From Nitrospirota bacterium (lineage in GTDB: Bacteria > Nitrospirota > Thermodesulfovibrionia > Thermodesulfovibrionales > Dissulfurispiraceae): 33,380 bases of DNA. The stretch's first letter is position 1, and the number at the start of each line of letters is the position of its first letter. The stretch is from positions 1-33,380 of the forward strand of contig JBFMCP010000036.1 of assembly GCA_040754455.1 (NCBI GenBank), written 5' to 3'. Positions 18,071 through 28,424 of this stretch are shown here, one piece after another. Below the pieces are notes generated by a model. It was not told where the DNA came from, did not search any database, and saw only the letters and a program-made list of their open reading frames with translations. The translations under genes and the position numbers were made by a program.

Positions 18071-20392
18071 CTACACGACCACTACCTTGTCGCGGCCCTC
18101 TGCTTTCGCACGGTAGAGCGCCGCATCAGCGGCGCGCAAAAGCGCCTCGCTGTTGTCGCCGTGCAGGGGGAAGACGGCAACACCCAACGAGAGGGTAACC
18201 GGACCGAGCGTCTGACCGCGATGCTGAATCGTCAGATCCTTGATGTTCCGACGCAGCTGTTCCGCACGCTGTCGTGCGCTTTCCAGCGGCGTTTCGGGCA
18301 GTATAAGGATAAACTCCTCTCCGCCGTAGCGGCAGGCAAAGTCTTCCGTACGAATTTGATGCTGAAGAAAGCCGCCGAGCTCGCGGAGCAGCATATCACC
18401 CGCGTCATGGCCGAAGGTATCGTTAAATATCTTGAAATGATCGATATCGAGCATGATGAGGCTCAACGGCAGCTCTTTACGGAGCATGCGGTGCAGCTCT
18501 TTCCCGAGCAGTTCATCCATGTAGCGCCGGTTGAAGAGGCCGGTAAGAGGATCATGGATTGATTGGATATACAGGGTCTCACGGAGCTTGAAGTTCGCCA
18601 GTGACAAGGCAATGCTCTCTGCCACGGCTTCGGCCAGCCGTTGTTTGCCGCGTATTTTTCTCTCTCGTGCCTCCTCGGGGTAAGCCGCCCACCGGCCGTT
18701 AAACTGAAGGTGCAACAAACCGAGCGCTTCACTCAGAGCGATCATAGGGACACAGAGATAAGCGGTATCAGGTTGCGGTACGATATGGGGGCAGACCATT
18801 TCCGCCCGCCCTGTACCCGACAGGTACGTCCTGCCGAGCCGCAGCGCCCAGCACTCGCGAGGGCTGAGCACATGCTCCGTTGCTTTGAAATCTCCCCAGA
18901 TCGCGATGGACTCCAATATTCCCTGCTGACTATTGAACAGATAGACAATGCCTGATTCGTCCGGGAATATCTGCTTGATCGTCCTGTCAAGAATCTGTGA
19001 GACCTCATCGGCGTTGAGGCATGCCTGCAAAAGACTGTTCATCTCGGCAAGCAGCGCGATCTCGCGGTTGCGCTGCTCAAGCTCGCCGACATAGTTCGAG
19101 AGATTTCTGGCAGCCTCATGCGCCGCTTCTTCAGCGTACTTCCGCTTCGTGATATCCCTGAAGGTGATGACCGCTCCGACAATCCTGCTGTCTTCGAAAA
19201 CCGGCGTCGTGGTGTACTCCACAGGAAAGCTTGTACCGTCCTTCCTCCAGAAGACCTCATTGCTGATCCGGTTGACCGTCCCCTCCCTGAATGTTTTATA
19301 GATGGCACACTCCTCTTCCGGATAGGGGCTCCCGTCAAGCCGGGTATGATGCCAGGTACTGTGGCTTCGCTTGCCGATAACCTCTTCTACAGAGTAGCCG
19401 AGCATCGACGCTGCAGCGGTGTTGACAAACACCACCACGTCATTCAAGGCCACACCGTAGATACCCTCTCCCGCGGAATTGAGAATCATCTCATACTTGC
19501 GGGTGAGCCGTTTGATCTGCTCTTCTGCCCTCCTCCGCTCGGTGACATCCCTGAAGACAACAACGACGCCGTCAATTGTATTATTCCGATAGATAGGTGT
19601 TACCGTATACTCGACCGGGAAGCTCGTACCATCTTTCTTCCAAAAGACCTCGTCGTCCACATGTCTTGCAACACCGTCACGGATGGTTTTGTATATTTTG
19701 CATTCCTCTTCGGAATAGGGAGTTCCATCTGTCCGCGTATGGTGCCAGATAGGGTGGCTCTTCCTGCCGACGATCTCCTCAACCGGATAGCCGAGCATAT
19801 GCACTGCTGCGCGGTTGACAATTGTGTGGTTGCCGTTCCTGTCCAACCCGTAGATGCCTTCACCGGCGTATTCCAGGATGAGCTCATAGCGGCGGCTTAT
19901 CCATGCCAATTCTTCTTCAGCGCGCCTGTGATCGGTAATATCTCTCGCTATAAGAGCGGCCCCTATCCGGTTGCCACTCTTATCCTTAATGGTATTGAAG
20001 ATAGCCTCATACGTGCGTCGCTGGGGACCGAATTCTCCGGCAATGGTAAACTGCTCGCCCCTCAGTGCACGGTCCCACAATTCCACAATCTTTGACTGTT
20101 CTTCGGGCAAGTGCGCAAGCGCATCGACAATACTCATCCCTACTTCGATGTCCTTGTCGAAGATATTTTTAAATGCTCTACGGTAGGCACTATTGAAAAC
20201 AATGAATCTGAACTCAAGGTCAAGCGCTGCAATCAGGTCATTCGTTCCTTCGATGATGCCGCTGAGACGGCTGTTGACAGATTCGAGATCTTCAGCAGCC
20301 TGGCGAAGTTGTTTCTCCGCTCGCTTGCGTTCGGTACTCCCATGCACAATGAGTGAGGCCCATATCCGCTTGAAAAGGCCGGTTATCTTCAT
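18071..20392 (-). CDS. Diguanylate cyclase (PAS-PAS-PAS-GAF-GGDEF)
   Basis: Three PAS/PAC units (two near-duplicate, GEGIYG...FPVEY...FRD), a GAF-like region, DPLTGLFNRRY, RTED I-site and GGEEF. Confidence 0.93.
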   Translation of the reverse strand: MKITGLFKRIWASLIVHGSTERKRAEKQLRQAAEDLESVNSRLSGIIEGTNDLIAALDLEFRFIVFNSAYRRAFKNIFDKDIEVGMSIVDALAHLPEEQSKIVELWDRALRGEQFTIAGEFGPQRRTYEAIFNTIKDKSGNRIGAALIARDITDHRRAEEELAWISRRYELILEYAGEGIYGLDRNGNHTIVNRAAVHMLGYPVEEIVGRKSHPIWHHTRTDGTPYSEEECKIYKTIRDGVARHVDDEVFWKKDGTSFPVEYTVTPIYRNNTIDGVVVVFRDVTERRRAEEQIKRLTRKYEMILNSAGEGIYGVALNDVVVFVNTAAASMLGYSVEEVIGKRSHSTWHHTRLDGSPYPEEECAIYKTFREGTVNRISNEVFWRKDGTSFPVEYTTTPVFEDSRIVGAVITFRDITKRKYAEEAAHEAARNLSNYVGELEQRNREIALLAEMNSLLQACLNADEVSQILDRTIKQIFPDESGIVYLFNSQQGILESIAIWGDFKATEHVLSPRECWALRLGRTYLSGTGRAEMVCPHIVPQPDTAYLCVPMIALSEALGLLHLQFNGRWAAYPEEARERKIRGKQRLAEAVAESIALSLANFKLRETLYIQSIHDPLTGLFNRRYMDELLGKELHRMLRKELPLSLIMLDIDHFKIFNDTFGHDAGDMLLRELGGFLQHQIRTEDFACRYGGEEFILILPETPLESARQRAEQLRRNIKDLTIQHRGQTLGPVTLSLGVAVFPLHGDNSEALLRAADAALYRAKAEGRDKVVVV

Positions 20393-20523
20393 GAGAAGCG
20401 CATCCCTCGGTAAGATACCGATTGTTTATATGAATACTTCTACGGACGTCGTATGTTGTGCGTCGTGGCACGAGAGAGTAAGTACCTGTGCTACTTTAAT
20501 TATACGTCCCAGGCAGCTGAATG

Positions 20524-21351
20524 TTAAGAAGCAAAGAGCCTGCACTCTTTGCAGTGCATTTTTTTGCAGACGCCGGTGATGCCCTGATGGCAGAGGGCAA
20601 AATCGTATTTAAGAGGGTCTTCGGGATCGAACCGCTTCAGCGCTTCGGTGATCTCGACGGCCGTCTTCCAGTCCTGAGAAGACCGTCGGGTAAAACCGAG
20701 GCATTTTGCGATGCGCGCGATATGGACATCAAGGGGGATAACGAGCTTGTTTTTGGGAATACCCTTCCAGATACCGAAATCGATATCTCGATCTCGAACC
20801 ATCCAACGGAGGAACATATTCATCCTCTTACAGGCGCTCCCCTGCGCCGGCGAGGGAAAGAACTGAAGGAACCCGAAGGGCTTGGTACTTTCACCATAGA
20901 CCATTGCTGTATTGATGCCGAGGGACGCTTCGATGAAACCAACAAGACCGTTACCGATGGTGGGATCATCATTGCGGTAATGTTTTTTAAAGAGCAATTC
21001 TATGCTGCCGTATCTTTTGAGAAGTCCGCTGAGAACATAGAGTAAGGCAATAATATCCTCGTTCCTGTTAAACCGGTAGTAAAGCCCTAAAAATTTGTCC
21101 CTCTGCTTTTTAACATTGAACGTCAGAAGAAAATCGTAAGGGTGCCGCCCCATTTTCTCAAAGAGGGCACCCAACACCGGCTTGAAAAGGTCTACTCTGC
21201 CGTAGGCGAAGCAGGAGGAGATAAAGCCGACGACTTCGATGTCTTCACGCCGCTTATAACGGTGAGGAAACTCTATAGGATCGAAGCACAACCGATCTTT
21301 GAAGTTATATTGTTCATAGAGCCTGTCAAGGGTCTGTTTTAACGAATTCAT
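20524..21351 (-). CDS. TIGR02757/DUF2400 family protein
   Basis: DPIEFPHRY, FAYGRV, SACKRMNMFLRWMVR, IPLDVH, DPEDPLKYDFAL. Confidence 0.88.
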   Translation of the reverse strand: MNSLKQTLDRLYEQYNFKDRLCFDPIEFPHRYKRREDIEVVGFISSCFAYGRVDLFKPVLGALFEKMGRHPYDFLLTFNVKKQRDKFLGLYYRFNRNEDIIALLYVLSGLLKRYGSIELLFKKHYRNDDPTIGNGLVGFIEASLGINTAMVYGESTKPFGFLQFFPSPAQGSACKRMNMFLRWMVRDRDIDFGIWKGIPKNKLVIPLDVHIARIAKCLGFTRRSSQDWKTAVEITEALKRFDPEDPLKYDFALCHQGITGVCKKMHCKECRLFAS

Positions 21352-21360
21352 ATGAGATCA

Positions 21361-23463
21361 TTATATTCCTAAGAGCACCTCTTTATCATCCATGTCCACA
21401 CGGTCGACTCTTACTTTCACCTTTTTCCCGATGGTGAATTTCCTCTTACGGTTCACACCGTAGAGACTCATCTCCCGCTCGTCGTAGTGATAAAAATCAT
21501 CGGTCATATACGACACATGGAGCAACCCCTCGACATAATAATCCTTAAGCCGCACTCTCATCCCGTAGGGCATGACCGATACGACCTTGCCTTCGAACTC
21601 TTCGCCTACTTTGTCGCGCATGAACCAGACCCGCATGGCCTGCAGCACCGCCCGCTCCGCATCATCGGCCTGGCGCTCGGTCCTCGACGAATGAAAGGCG
21701 ATGTCAGGCAGGATTGCTTCGAGCTCTTTTGTGCGCCGTTCACTGAGCTGTTTTTTCCCGAGTACGGATCTCAGTATCCGGTGCACCACGAGATCGGGAT
21801 ATCTCCTGATCGGCGACGTGAAGTGGGTATAGGATGGGGAGGCGAGCCCAAAGTGGCCGACATTGATTGGAGAGTAACGGGCCTGTTTCAGGCTCCTGAG
21901 GATCATATGATTGATGATTTCTTCTTCAGCGGTACCGCTGATCTGTTTCAGAAGAGAGGGAAAATCTTTCGGCCGCAGCTGCTTATTGCCCCTCGCAATA
22001 CCAAGCGTGGCGATGGCTTTCGTTATATTTTCGAGCTTCAGCGGGTCCGGCTCCTCATGCACCCGGTAGAGCGACGGCACCTCGAGCTCTTCGAGATACC
22101 CGGCAACCGCCTCATTGGCAGCGACCATGAACTCCTCGATGATCATATGGGCGAAATTGCGCTCGGCCTTGATGATCGCCTCGGGATTCCCCTGCATATC
22201 GAGGACCACCTCGGGCTCGGGGAGATCGAAATCGAGACTGCCCCGTTTGAGCCGTTTTGCTTTTATGAGGGTGCAGAGCTCTCCCATAAGCTCGAACTCC
22301 TGTAAGAGATATGCATACCTTTCGCGCTCTTCAGTATCTTTATCGACGAGGATTTTTCGTACCGACGTATACGTCATCCGCTCATCGCTCCTGATGAGAC
22401 TGGGATAGAAGAGAGAGGAGAGCATAGCGCCGCTCCTGTCGAAGTCCATCTCGACGGTAAAGGCGAGCCGGTCGACCTTCGGCCTCAGGCTGCAGAGGTC
22501 TTCGGAGAGCTCCTTCGGCAGCATAGGGATGACCCGGTCGGGAAAATAAACGCTCGTTCCCCGCTTCCTCGCCTCCAGGTCGATGGCCGAGTCCCACCGG
22601 ACATAGTAGCCGACGTCCGCAATATGTACCCAGAGGCGGTATCCCTCTCCGGTCCGCTCGATGGAAACGGCATCGTCGAAGTCCTTTGCCCGCTCGCCGT
22701 CGATGGTGACGGTAGGAAGCTCGCGCAGGTCTTTTCTCTTGTGTCCGCCGTGCCCTTCCTGCGCCCTTGTATACAGCTCCCGCGCCTCTTCCACCACCTC
22801 GGGAGGGAACTTTCTCGGGAGGTTCAGCTCATCGATGATGAGCTCCACATCATCGACAGGGCTCTCGGGCTGTTTCAGGACCTTCACCACTCTTCCCGCG
22901 GGTGGTCTCTTATCTGTGGGATAGCTGATGACCTCGACGATGACGCTGTCGCCGTCCCTGGCCTTGCCCCTGTCGCGGGGAGCGATATAGAGGTCAAACG
23001 GCACCGATCGGTTCTTGGGCTTCACATACGACACCGCCTTGTTCCCATTCTCGAAGGTGCCGGCAAGCCGTGTATGCGCCCGCTCGAGAATCCGTATGAT
23101 CCTCCCCTCTCTGCGGTGCTGGTTTTCGATGCGCGCCACGACACGGTCATGGTCCATGGCGCCGAGCGTTGCACGGGCAGGGATAAAGACATCGCGCTCA
23201 CCCGGCTGCTCAAGAATGACAAAGCCATACCCTTCGCGGTGCGCTTCGAAATAGCCGGAGACGAGGTTCATCTCCTCGGCAGGACCGTACAGCCCCTTGC
23301 GTGTCCTGATGATCTCGCCATCACTCACCATTTCGCGTAGGAGCCGCTTGAGCTTGCGTCGCTCCGGAGGAGAAAGGTTCAGAAGAAAGACAATATCATT
23401 GAATCTAACCGGCCTGGTTACCTTGTCTTTGAAAAAGGCAGCAAGAGAATCTTTTGTCATCAT
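21361..23463 (-). CDS. rnr: Ribonuclease R (start uncertain: 23460/23463/23484)
   Basis: HREGYGFV cold-shock domain, TIDGERAKDFDDA, HFTSPIRRYPDL, C-terminal S1 domain. Confidence 0.95.
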   Translation of the reverse strand: MMTKDSLAAFFKDKVTRPVRFNDIVFLLNLSPPERRKLKRLLREMVSDGEIIRTRKGLYGPAEEMNLVSGYFEAHREGYGFVILEQPGERDVFIPARATLGAMDHDRVVARIENQHRREGRIIRILERAHTRLAGTFENGNKAVSYVKPKNRSVPFDLYIAPRDRGKARDGDSVIVEVISYPTDKRPPAGRVVKVLKQPESPVDDVELIIDELNLPRKFPPEVVEEARELYTRAQEGHGGHKRKDLRELPTVTIDGERAKDFDDAVSIERTGEGYRLWVHIADVGYYVRWDSAIDLEARKRGTSVYFPDRVIPMLPKELSEDLCSLRPKVDRLAFTVEMDFDRSGAMLSSLFYPSLIRSDERMTYTSVRKILVDKDTEERERYAYLLQEFELMGELCTLIKAKRLKRGSLDFDLPEPEVVLDMQGNPEAIIKAERNFAHMIIEEFMVAANEAVAGYLEELEVPSLYRVHEEPDPLKLENITKAIATLGIARGNKQLRPKDFPSLLKQISGTAEEEIINHMILRSLKQARYSPINVGHFGLASPSYTHFTSPIRRYPDLVVHRILRSVLGKKQLSERRTKELEAILPDIAFHSSRTERQADDAERAVLQAMRVWFMRDKVGEEFEGKVVSVMPYGMRVRLKDYYVEGLLHVSYMTDDFYHYDEREMSLYGVNRKRKFTIGKKVKVRVDRVDMDDKEVLLGI

Positions 23464-23547
23464 AGGATCGGCACCCTGATGCACCTGGCAGGAGTACCCG
23501 GCAGGTGGAGTGGAGGGTTAATGAGAGATTCTGAAATGTCCTGGAGC

Positions 23548-24585
23548 TTACTGCGGTGAGGAGGCTTCGGGAGACTCAGACTTAGCAGATGCCGGCGACT
23601 TCTTTTTTGCAGAGGGCTTTGCCGCAGCAGAGGCAGGAAGGGTGATACGCACCACTTCACCCTCTTCGCCGAGATGCTCGATAGCCTTGCCGTCATACTT
23701 TAATTTTATACCAGCTGCGTTGCCGATGGTAAGCGCAAATGATTCATTGGCGGCAAAGCCTACTTTGTCCCCAGGGTTCAGAAGGACCTCTTTTGTCTCG
23801 TCGCTGTCGATGACCATCTGGATCCATGTTTTATCAGTGGCAACGATATCGAGGCTGTGCTTCTTCTTCGGGGCTGCACTCTTTTCCTTAACCGCTGCAG
23901 CCTTTTCTTCAGCAGGTGCACCAGCGGATTCTTTCTGCGGCGCTGGTTTGGTCTCCTTTTCAGCAGGTGCAGCAGGTTGAGTCGCAGTGCCGGACGATGC
24001 TTGCGGCGGAGGTGCCGTCTCTGCACCCTGCTGGCCTGCTCCTTCCGGCGCAGGTGGAGGAGCTGGCGGCGCCTGTTCGACAGGCGGCAACTGAGGCATC
24101 GGCGCCTGCGCAGGAGGCGCACCGAGTTGCAGCGTATGGTAGAAATAGACGCCCGCAGCAGCAATGAGCAGAGGAATGATCCACAGGATCTTCAAAGAGC
24201 GTTTCCCCTTTTCAAACGCTTCGGTTTCTTCAGCAGGCTGCTTCCTGGTGCTCACCTCTTCCAGAACCGGAAGGGGCTCAAGTTTATCGGAATTCTCTTT
24301 TGCCAGTTTGTAGGCCAGGCTTTTTTCATGGAGGGTATCTTTTTCTTTTCTCTTGCCACGTTCTTCAAGGTAGCGCTCATAGGGGTCGAGCGCTTCGGAA
24401 GGGGGGATCCCCAGAAAGTCAGCATATTCCTTTATATACCCCCTTGTGTAAACCTCGACCGGAAGCTTGTCGTACTCTTCTTCCTCGATTGATCGCAGGT
24501 AGGCGCCTTTGATGCGGGTTACCTCGGCAATTTCATTGATATCCTTGCCAAGTTCTAATCTGCGTTCTCTCAGTATCCTGGCCAT
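23548..24585 (-). CDS. rodZ: RodZ-like protein (HTH, TM, Pro/Ala linker, DUF4115)
   Basis: LRERRLELG...YTRGYIKEYADFLG, single TM, IGNAAGIKLKYDGK C-terminal domain. Confidence 0.8.
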   Translation of the reverse strand: MARILRERRLELGKDINEIAEVTRIKGAYLRSIEEEEYDKLPVEVYTRGYIKEYADFLGIPPSEALDPYERYLEERGKRKEKDTLHEKSLAYKLAKENSDKLEPLPVLEEVSTRKQPAEETEAFEKGKRSLKILWIIPLLIAAAGVYFYHTLQLGAPPAQAPMPQLPPVEQAPPAPPPAPEGAGQQGAETAPPPQASSGTATQPAAPAEKETKPAPQKESAGAPAEEKAAAVKEKSAAPKKKHSLDIVATDKTWIQMVIDSDETKEVLLNPGDKVGFAANESFALTIGNAAGIKLKYDGKAIEHLGEEGEVVRITLPASAAAKPSAKKKSPASAKSESPEASSPQ

Positions 24586-24663
24586 AGTGGTAGTAAATTA
24601 ACATATTTGTTTAATAAATAAAAGGTATTGGATTGTAAACCTTCTGTGCTATCATAGTTTACC

Positions 24664-26007
24664 ATGAAACGGGTCGTGATTACCGGAATAGGGTCCGTAA
24701 CCCCTCTCTCAAACACCTTTCCTGACTCCTGGGAATCCCTCACCAAAGGGCTTTCCGGCATAGCTCCTATCACGAAATGCGCTCCCTCCCTATCTCATTG
24801 GTGTTCGGCTGGTGAAGTCAAAAACTTTAATCCTGCCCTGTATCTTACCTTCAAAGAGATACGGCATTTTGATCCTTTCGTGCAGTACGCCGTTGCGGCA
24901 GCATGCATGGCGGCAGCGGATGCGGGGATACTACATCAGAAGACAGAAGACAGGAGTCAGGAGTCAGGATTCAGAAGCCAGAACACAGACTACAGAAAAC
25001 AGAAGGCAGAAGGACAAAACAACACAAAACCAGGAAAAGAGACAACCTCATCACGCATCACGCATCACGCATTACTTCAAAATGCCGGGGTCATTATCGG
25101 CTCAAGCCGCGGTGGAATAAGTACGCTCGAAAAGGCCATTGGGAAAATGCATACAGGTGGCCGTGTATCACCCTATCTCATGCCCGCTACCACGATCAGC
25201 ATGGCTGCTTCCTTTATCGCGCAGAAGTTGGGAGTGCGGGGACACTGCTTGGGGGTTTCGAATGCCTGCGCTTCCGGGGCCAACGCGATCGGAGAGGGCT
25301 TCAGATCGATCAGATACGGACAATCAAACATCATCCTGGCAGGAGGAACCGAGGCCCCTCTCTGCAGGCTCTGTGTTGAGGGGTACGGGAGTGCAGGTGC
25401 GTTATCCAAGAGGAACGGTGCTTCGGCAAGCCGCCCCTTTGATGCGACACGTGACGGCTTTGTCCTCGCTGAGGGCGCCTGTGTGCTCGTTCTCGAAGAA
25501 TACTGTTCGGCACTCGAACGGGGAGCGCACATCTATGGTGAGATCATCGGCTACAGCAGCACGGGCGACGCCTTTCACATTACAAAACCCGATCCCGCCG
25601 GGGAGGCATATGCACTCGCTGCCGCGCTTTCGGATGCGGGGGTGCGTCCTGAGGAGATTGATTATATCAATGCTCATGGCACAGCAACACCACTGGGCGA
25701 CAGGACCGAAGCAGCAGCGATAAGAGAAATATTCGGAGCGCGCACGCGGGATATTCCGGTCAGTGCGATCAAATCGATGACCGGTCATATGCTCGCTGCA
25801 TCAGGGGCCTTCGAGATCGCCAGTACGTTGATGAGCATAAAACACGGTATCATTCCTCCAACGATCAACCTCATCGAGCGGGATCCGGACTGTGATCTTA
25901 AGGTGATAACGGAAAAGAAAGAGGCCTCTATTACCCATGCGCTTTCGAGCTCCTTCGGGTTCGGGGGGGTAAATGCGGTGATTGTCTTAAGAAAGGTGAA
26001 TCGGTGA
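24664..26007 (+). CDS. fabF: 3-oxoacyl-ACP synthase II family protein with an in-frame repeat insertion
   Basis: KRVVITGIG, catalytic NACASG, NAHGTAT, KSMTGHML, SFGFGG. Confidence 0.88.
   Translation: MKRVVITGIGSVTPLSNTFPDSWESLTKGLSGIAPITKCAPSLSHWCSAGEVKNFNPALYLTFKEIRHFDPFVQYAVAAACMAAADAGILHQKTEDRSQESGFRSQNTDYRKQKAEGQNNTKPGKETTSSRITHHALLQNAGVIIGSSRGGISTLEKAIGKMHTGGRVSPYLMPATTISMAASFIAQKLGVRGHCLGVSNACASGANAIGEGFRSIRYGQSNIILAGGTEAPLCRLCVEGYGSAGALSKRNGASASRPFDATRDGFVLAEGACVLVLEEYCSALERGAHIYGEIIGYSSTGDAFHITKPDPAGEAYALAAALSDAGVRPEEIDYINAHGTATPLGDRTEAAAIREIFGARTRDIPVSAIKSMTGHMLAASGAFEIASTLMSIKHGIIPPTINLIERDPDCDLKVITEKKEASITHALSSSFGFGGVNAVIVLRKVNR
24937..25076 (+). repeat. Heptamer tandem repeats inside fabF
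   Basis: 11 consecutive CAGnnnn units (24937-25013), and CATCACG x3 plus CATTACT (25049-25076). Confidence 0.9.
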
Positions 26008-26012
26008 ATCGG

Positions 26013-27206
26013 TTACGTTATCTTTTTTTCATATATCCTATATCGCTTGTACAATGCGGCTCCGAAGAGCTCGGCGATTCTCTTCACAGGCGTATTGTCC
26101 TCAAGGATCCATGAGAATTCTATCTGCCGGCAGCTGCCTCTTTTGGCGATATTCTTGTGTCCCTCCTTGAAGAGGAGCGCATCCACTCCCCTGCTCCGGT
26201 ATTCGGGTTTGATGCCGTAGAGGAGAAGTCGGAGGGAAGGAATCTTCCTCGAATAATAGAGTGCCTTCATGATGCTCAACGGAGTAAGCCGTCCCTTCAT
26301 CTGCTTGAGTACGACATTGAAATCAGGAATGAGGCCAAGAAAGCCCACGGGCTCGCCATCTTTTTCTGCAATAAAGGTGAGGTTAGGCACGACAATCGGC
26401 TTCAGCCGTTGCGCGCTGTAGCTGAGCTCAGCATCAGTGAGCGGCAGGAATCCCCAGTTATGTTCCCACGCGGCGTTATAGACATCCTGAAAGACACGCA
26501 TGTCCGACATGAACCGCTTCATGTTGATGGCGCGAACAGTTACTCCTTTTTTCTCGGCAAGAGAAGCGACCCTCAGCACCTTATCGGGAAGGGTGTGTTC
26601 GAAATCATAGATATATGCATAGAGGTCTTTCGATTTTGTCATGCCGAAGCGTTCCACCATGGCATTGTAATAAGGCGGATTATAGGGGGTCATGAGCATA
26701 GGCGGACGGTCAAAGCCTTCGATGAGAAAGCCGCACTCCTCATTCGTCGAGAAATTCATGGGACCACGCATGATCTCCATCCCCTCCGCTGACAGTTCAT
26801 CGCACACCTTGTTCAAGAGGGCATCGGCAACGGCACTATCATTGATGCTCTCAAAAAAACCGAAAAATCCCGCACGCTCCCCATGCCTCTCAATATGCTC
26901 AGGATTGATGATCGAAGCGATCCTGCCCACCACCGCTCCCCCTCTCCGGGCCAGAAAAAACTTCACTCTTGCATGTCTGAGAAAAGGATTTTGGGAAGAA
27001 AAATGGACCTTCATGTCCCTCGTGAGCTGCGGGACATAGTAGGGATCGCGGGCATAGAGTGCAAGGGGGAGTTTGATAAAATGCGCGAGGTCGCGTTGTG
27101 TGGCTACTTCCCGGACATCGATGATATTCAATGAGTTAATCGAGCAATGAAAAGAGGAAGTAGTGTCGTGATGGAGTATCGGGGAAAAGAGACGGGGAAT
27201 TTTCAT
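26013..27206 (-). CDS. GNAT-fold N-acyltransferase, candidate bacterial ceramide synthase (bCerS); start uncertain
   Basis: VGRIASI, GFFGFFESIND, GPMNFSTNEECGFLIEGF, PYNPPYY, AWEHNWGF, SWILEDN; directly downstream of an spt-like gene. Confidence 0.75.
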   Translation of the reverse strand: MKIPRLFSPILHHDTTSSFHCSINSLNIIDVREVATQRDLAHFIKLPLALYARDPYYVPQLTRDMKVHFSSQNPFLRHARVKFFLARRGGAVVGRIASIINPEHIERHGERAGFFGFFESINDSAVADALLNKVCDELSAEGMEIMRGPMNFSTNEECGFLIEGFDRPPMLMTPYNPPYYNAMVERFGMTKSKDLYAYIYDFEHTLPDKVLRVASLAEKKGVTVRAINMKRFMSDMRVFQDVYNAAWEHNWGFLPLTDAELSYSAQRLKPIVVPNLTFIAEKDGEPVGFLGLIPDFNVVLKQMKGRLTPLSIMKALYYSRKIPSLRLLLYGIKPEYRSRGVDALLFKEGHKNIAKRGSCRQIEFSWILEDNTPVKRIAELFGAALYKRYRIYEKKIT

Positions 27207-27233
27207 TGTTCCAATGCTCCATCGCGACAGTAG

Positions 27234-28424
27234 TTATATGAGGCCGATCGCTTTCCCGACTTTCTTGAATGCATCGAGCACCTTGTCGAGGTGCGCGTCC
27301 GTGTGGGTCGCCATGTAGCTCGTTCTGATCAATGCCTTGCCGGGAGGCACTGCAGGCGAGACAGCAACGTTGGCGAAGACCCCTTCATCCTGGAGCATCA
27401 TCACCATCTTGAAGGCGGTCTCGTCCGCTCCGACAAGGATGGGGATGATCGGCGTTTCGCTCGGCCCTACTTCGAATCCGAGTTCCTTAAAGCCTTTGAG
27501 CATTTTATGCGTCGACTTCCAGAGCCGCTCCAATCGTTCAGGCTCGCTCTCGATGATGTCCAGCGCAGCGCTAACCGACGCCACCGACGCAGGGGGTGGG
27601 CTCGCGCTGAAGATCAGCGATCTTCCGAAGTGCTTTATATAATGGATAACAGATTCGTCTCCGGCGATAAAGCCGCCGATGGAAGCGAGCGATTTGCTGT
27701 AAGTCCCCATGATCAGGTCCACCTCATTTTCGAGGCCGAAGTGCTCCGCCGTTCCCCTGCCGGTCCTGCCGAGCACGCCGATGCCGTGGGCGTCATCCAC
27801 CATGACGCGGGCACCGTAGTTCCGGGCGATCTTCAGAACTTCGGGCAGATTGACGATGTCGCCCTCCATGCTGAAGACACCGTCCACCACCAGGAGTTTC
27901 CCCCGTCCGTTATTTTCAGAGAAGACCCGCTCGAGATCCGCCATATCGTTGTGTTTGAAGCGCTTCACCTCGCCGAACGACAACCTGCAGCCGTCGACGA
28001 TGCTCGCATGGTCCATTTTGTCGATGATCACCACGTCGTCCTTGCCGACCAGTGCGGAGATGACGCCGAGGTTCACCTGAAACCCTGTGGAGAAGACGAG
28101 AGCGGCCTCTTTCCTCATGAACCGCGCAAGCTTCTCCTCCAGTTGCACATGAATATCGAGCGTGCCGTTGAGAAAACGCGAACCGGCGCACCCGGTACCG
28201 TATTTTTTTATCGCCTCGATAGCAGCCTCTTTGACCTTCGGATGGTTCGTGAGTCCGAGATAGTTGTTCGAACCAACCATGATCATCTTTCTGCCGTTCA
28301 TGATCACTTCGGGGTCCTGGGCGCTCTCTATCATCCTGAAGAAAGGGTAGACTCCTGTCTTCTGCAGATCCCTGGCAGCGGTGAATCTGAAGCACTTCTC
28401 GAATAAATCGGTTGTTCCTGTCAT
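27234..28424 (-). CDS. spt: Alpha-oxoamine synthase, probable serine palmitoyltransferase
   Basis: [22 protein letters not shown] (Spt-type rather than BioF/Kbl-type), DHASI, DDAH, PLP lysine in GTYSKS. ATG 28424 overlaps the upstream stop (ATGA). Confidence 0.75.
   Translation of the reverse strand: MTGTTDLFEKCFRFTAARDLQKTGVYPFFRMIESAQDPEVIMNGRKMIMVGSNNYLGLTNHPKVKEAAIEAIKKYGTGCAGSRFLNGTLDIHVQLEEKLARFMRKEAALVFSTGFQVNLGVISALVGKDDVVIIDKMDHASIVDGCRLSFGEVKRFKHNDMADLERVFSENNGRGKLLVVDGVFSMEGDIVNLPEVLKIARNYGARVMVDDAHGIGVLGRTGRGTAEHFGLENEVDLIMGTYSKSLASIGGFIAGDESVIHYIKHFGRSLIFSASPPPASVASVSAALDIIESEPERLERLWKSTHKMLKGFKELGFEVGPSETPIIPILVGADETAFKMVMMLQDEGVFANVAVSPAVPPGKALIRTSYMATHTDAHLDKVLDAFKKVGKAIGLI

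Noticed and set aside
19150..19900. Internal DNA similarity in the cyclase as a mobile or repeat element
   Set aside because: Explained by an ordinary tandem duplication of PAS domains within the protein.
24664..26007. fabF as part of the sphingolipid operon
   Set aside because: It is on the opposite strand (convergent) with its own promoter; a functional link is possible but not supported by the sequence.
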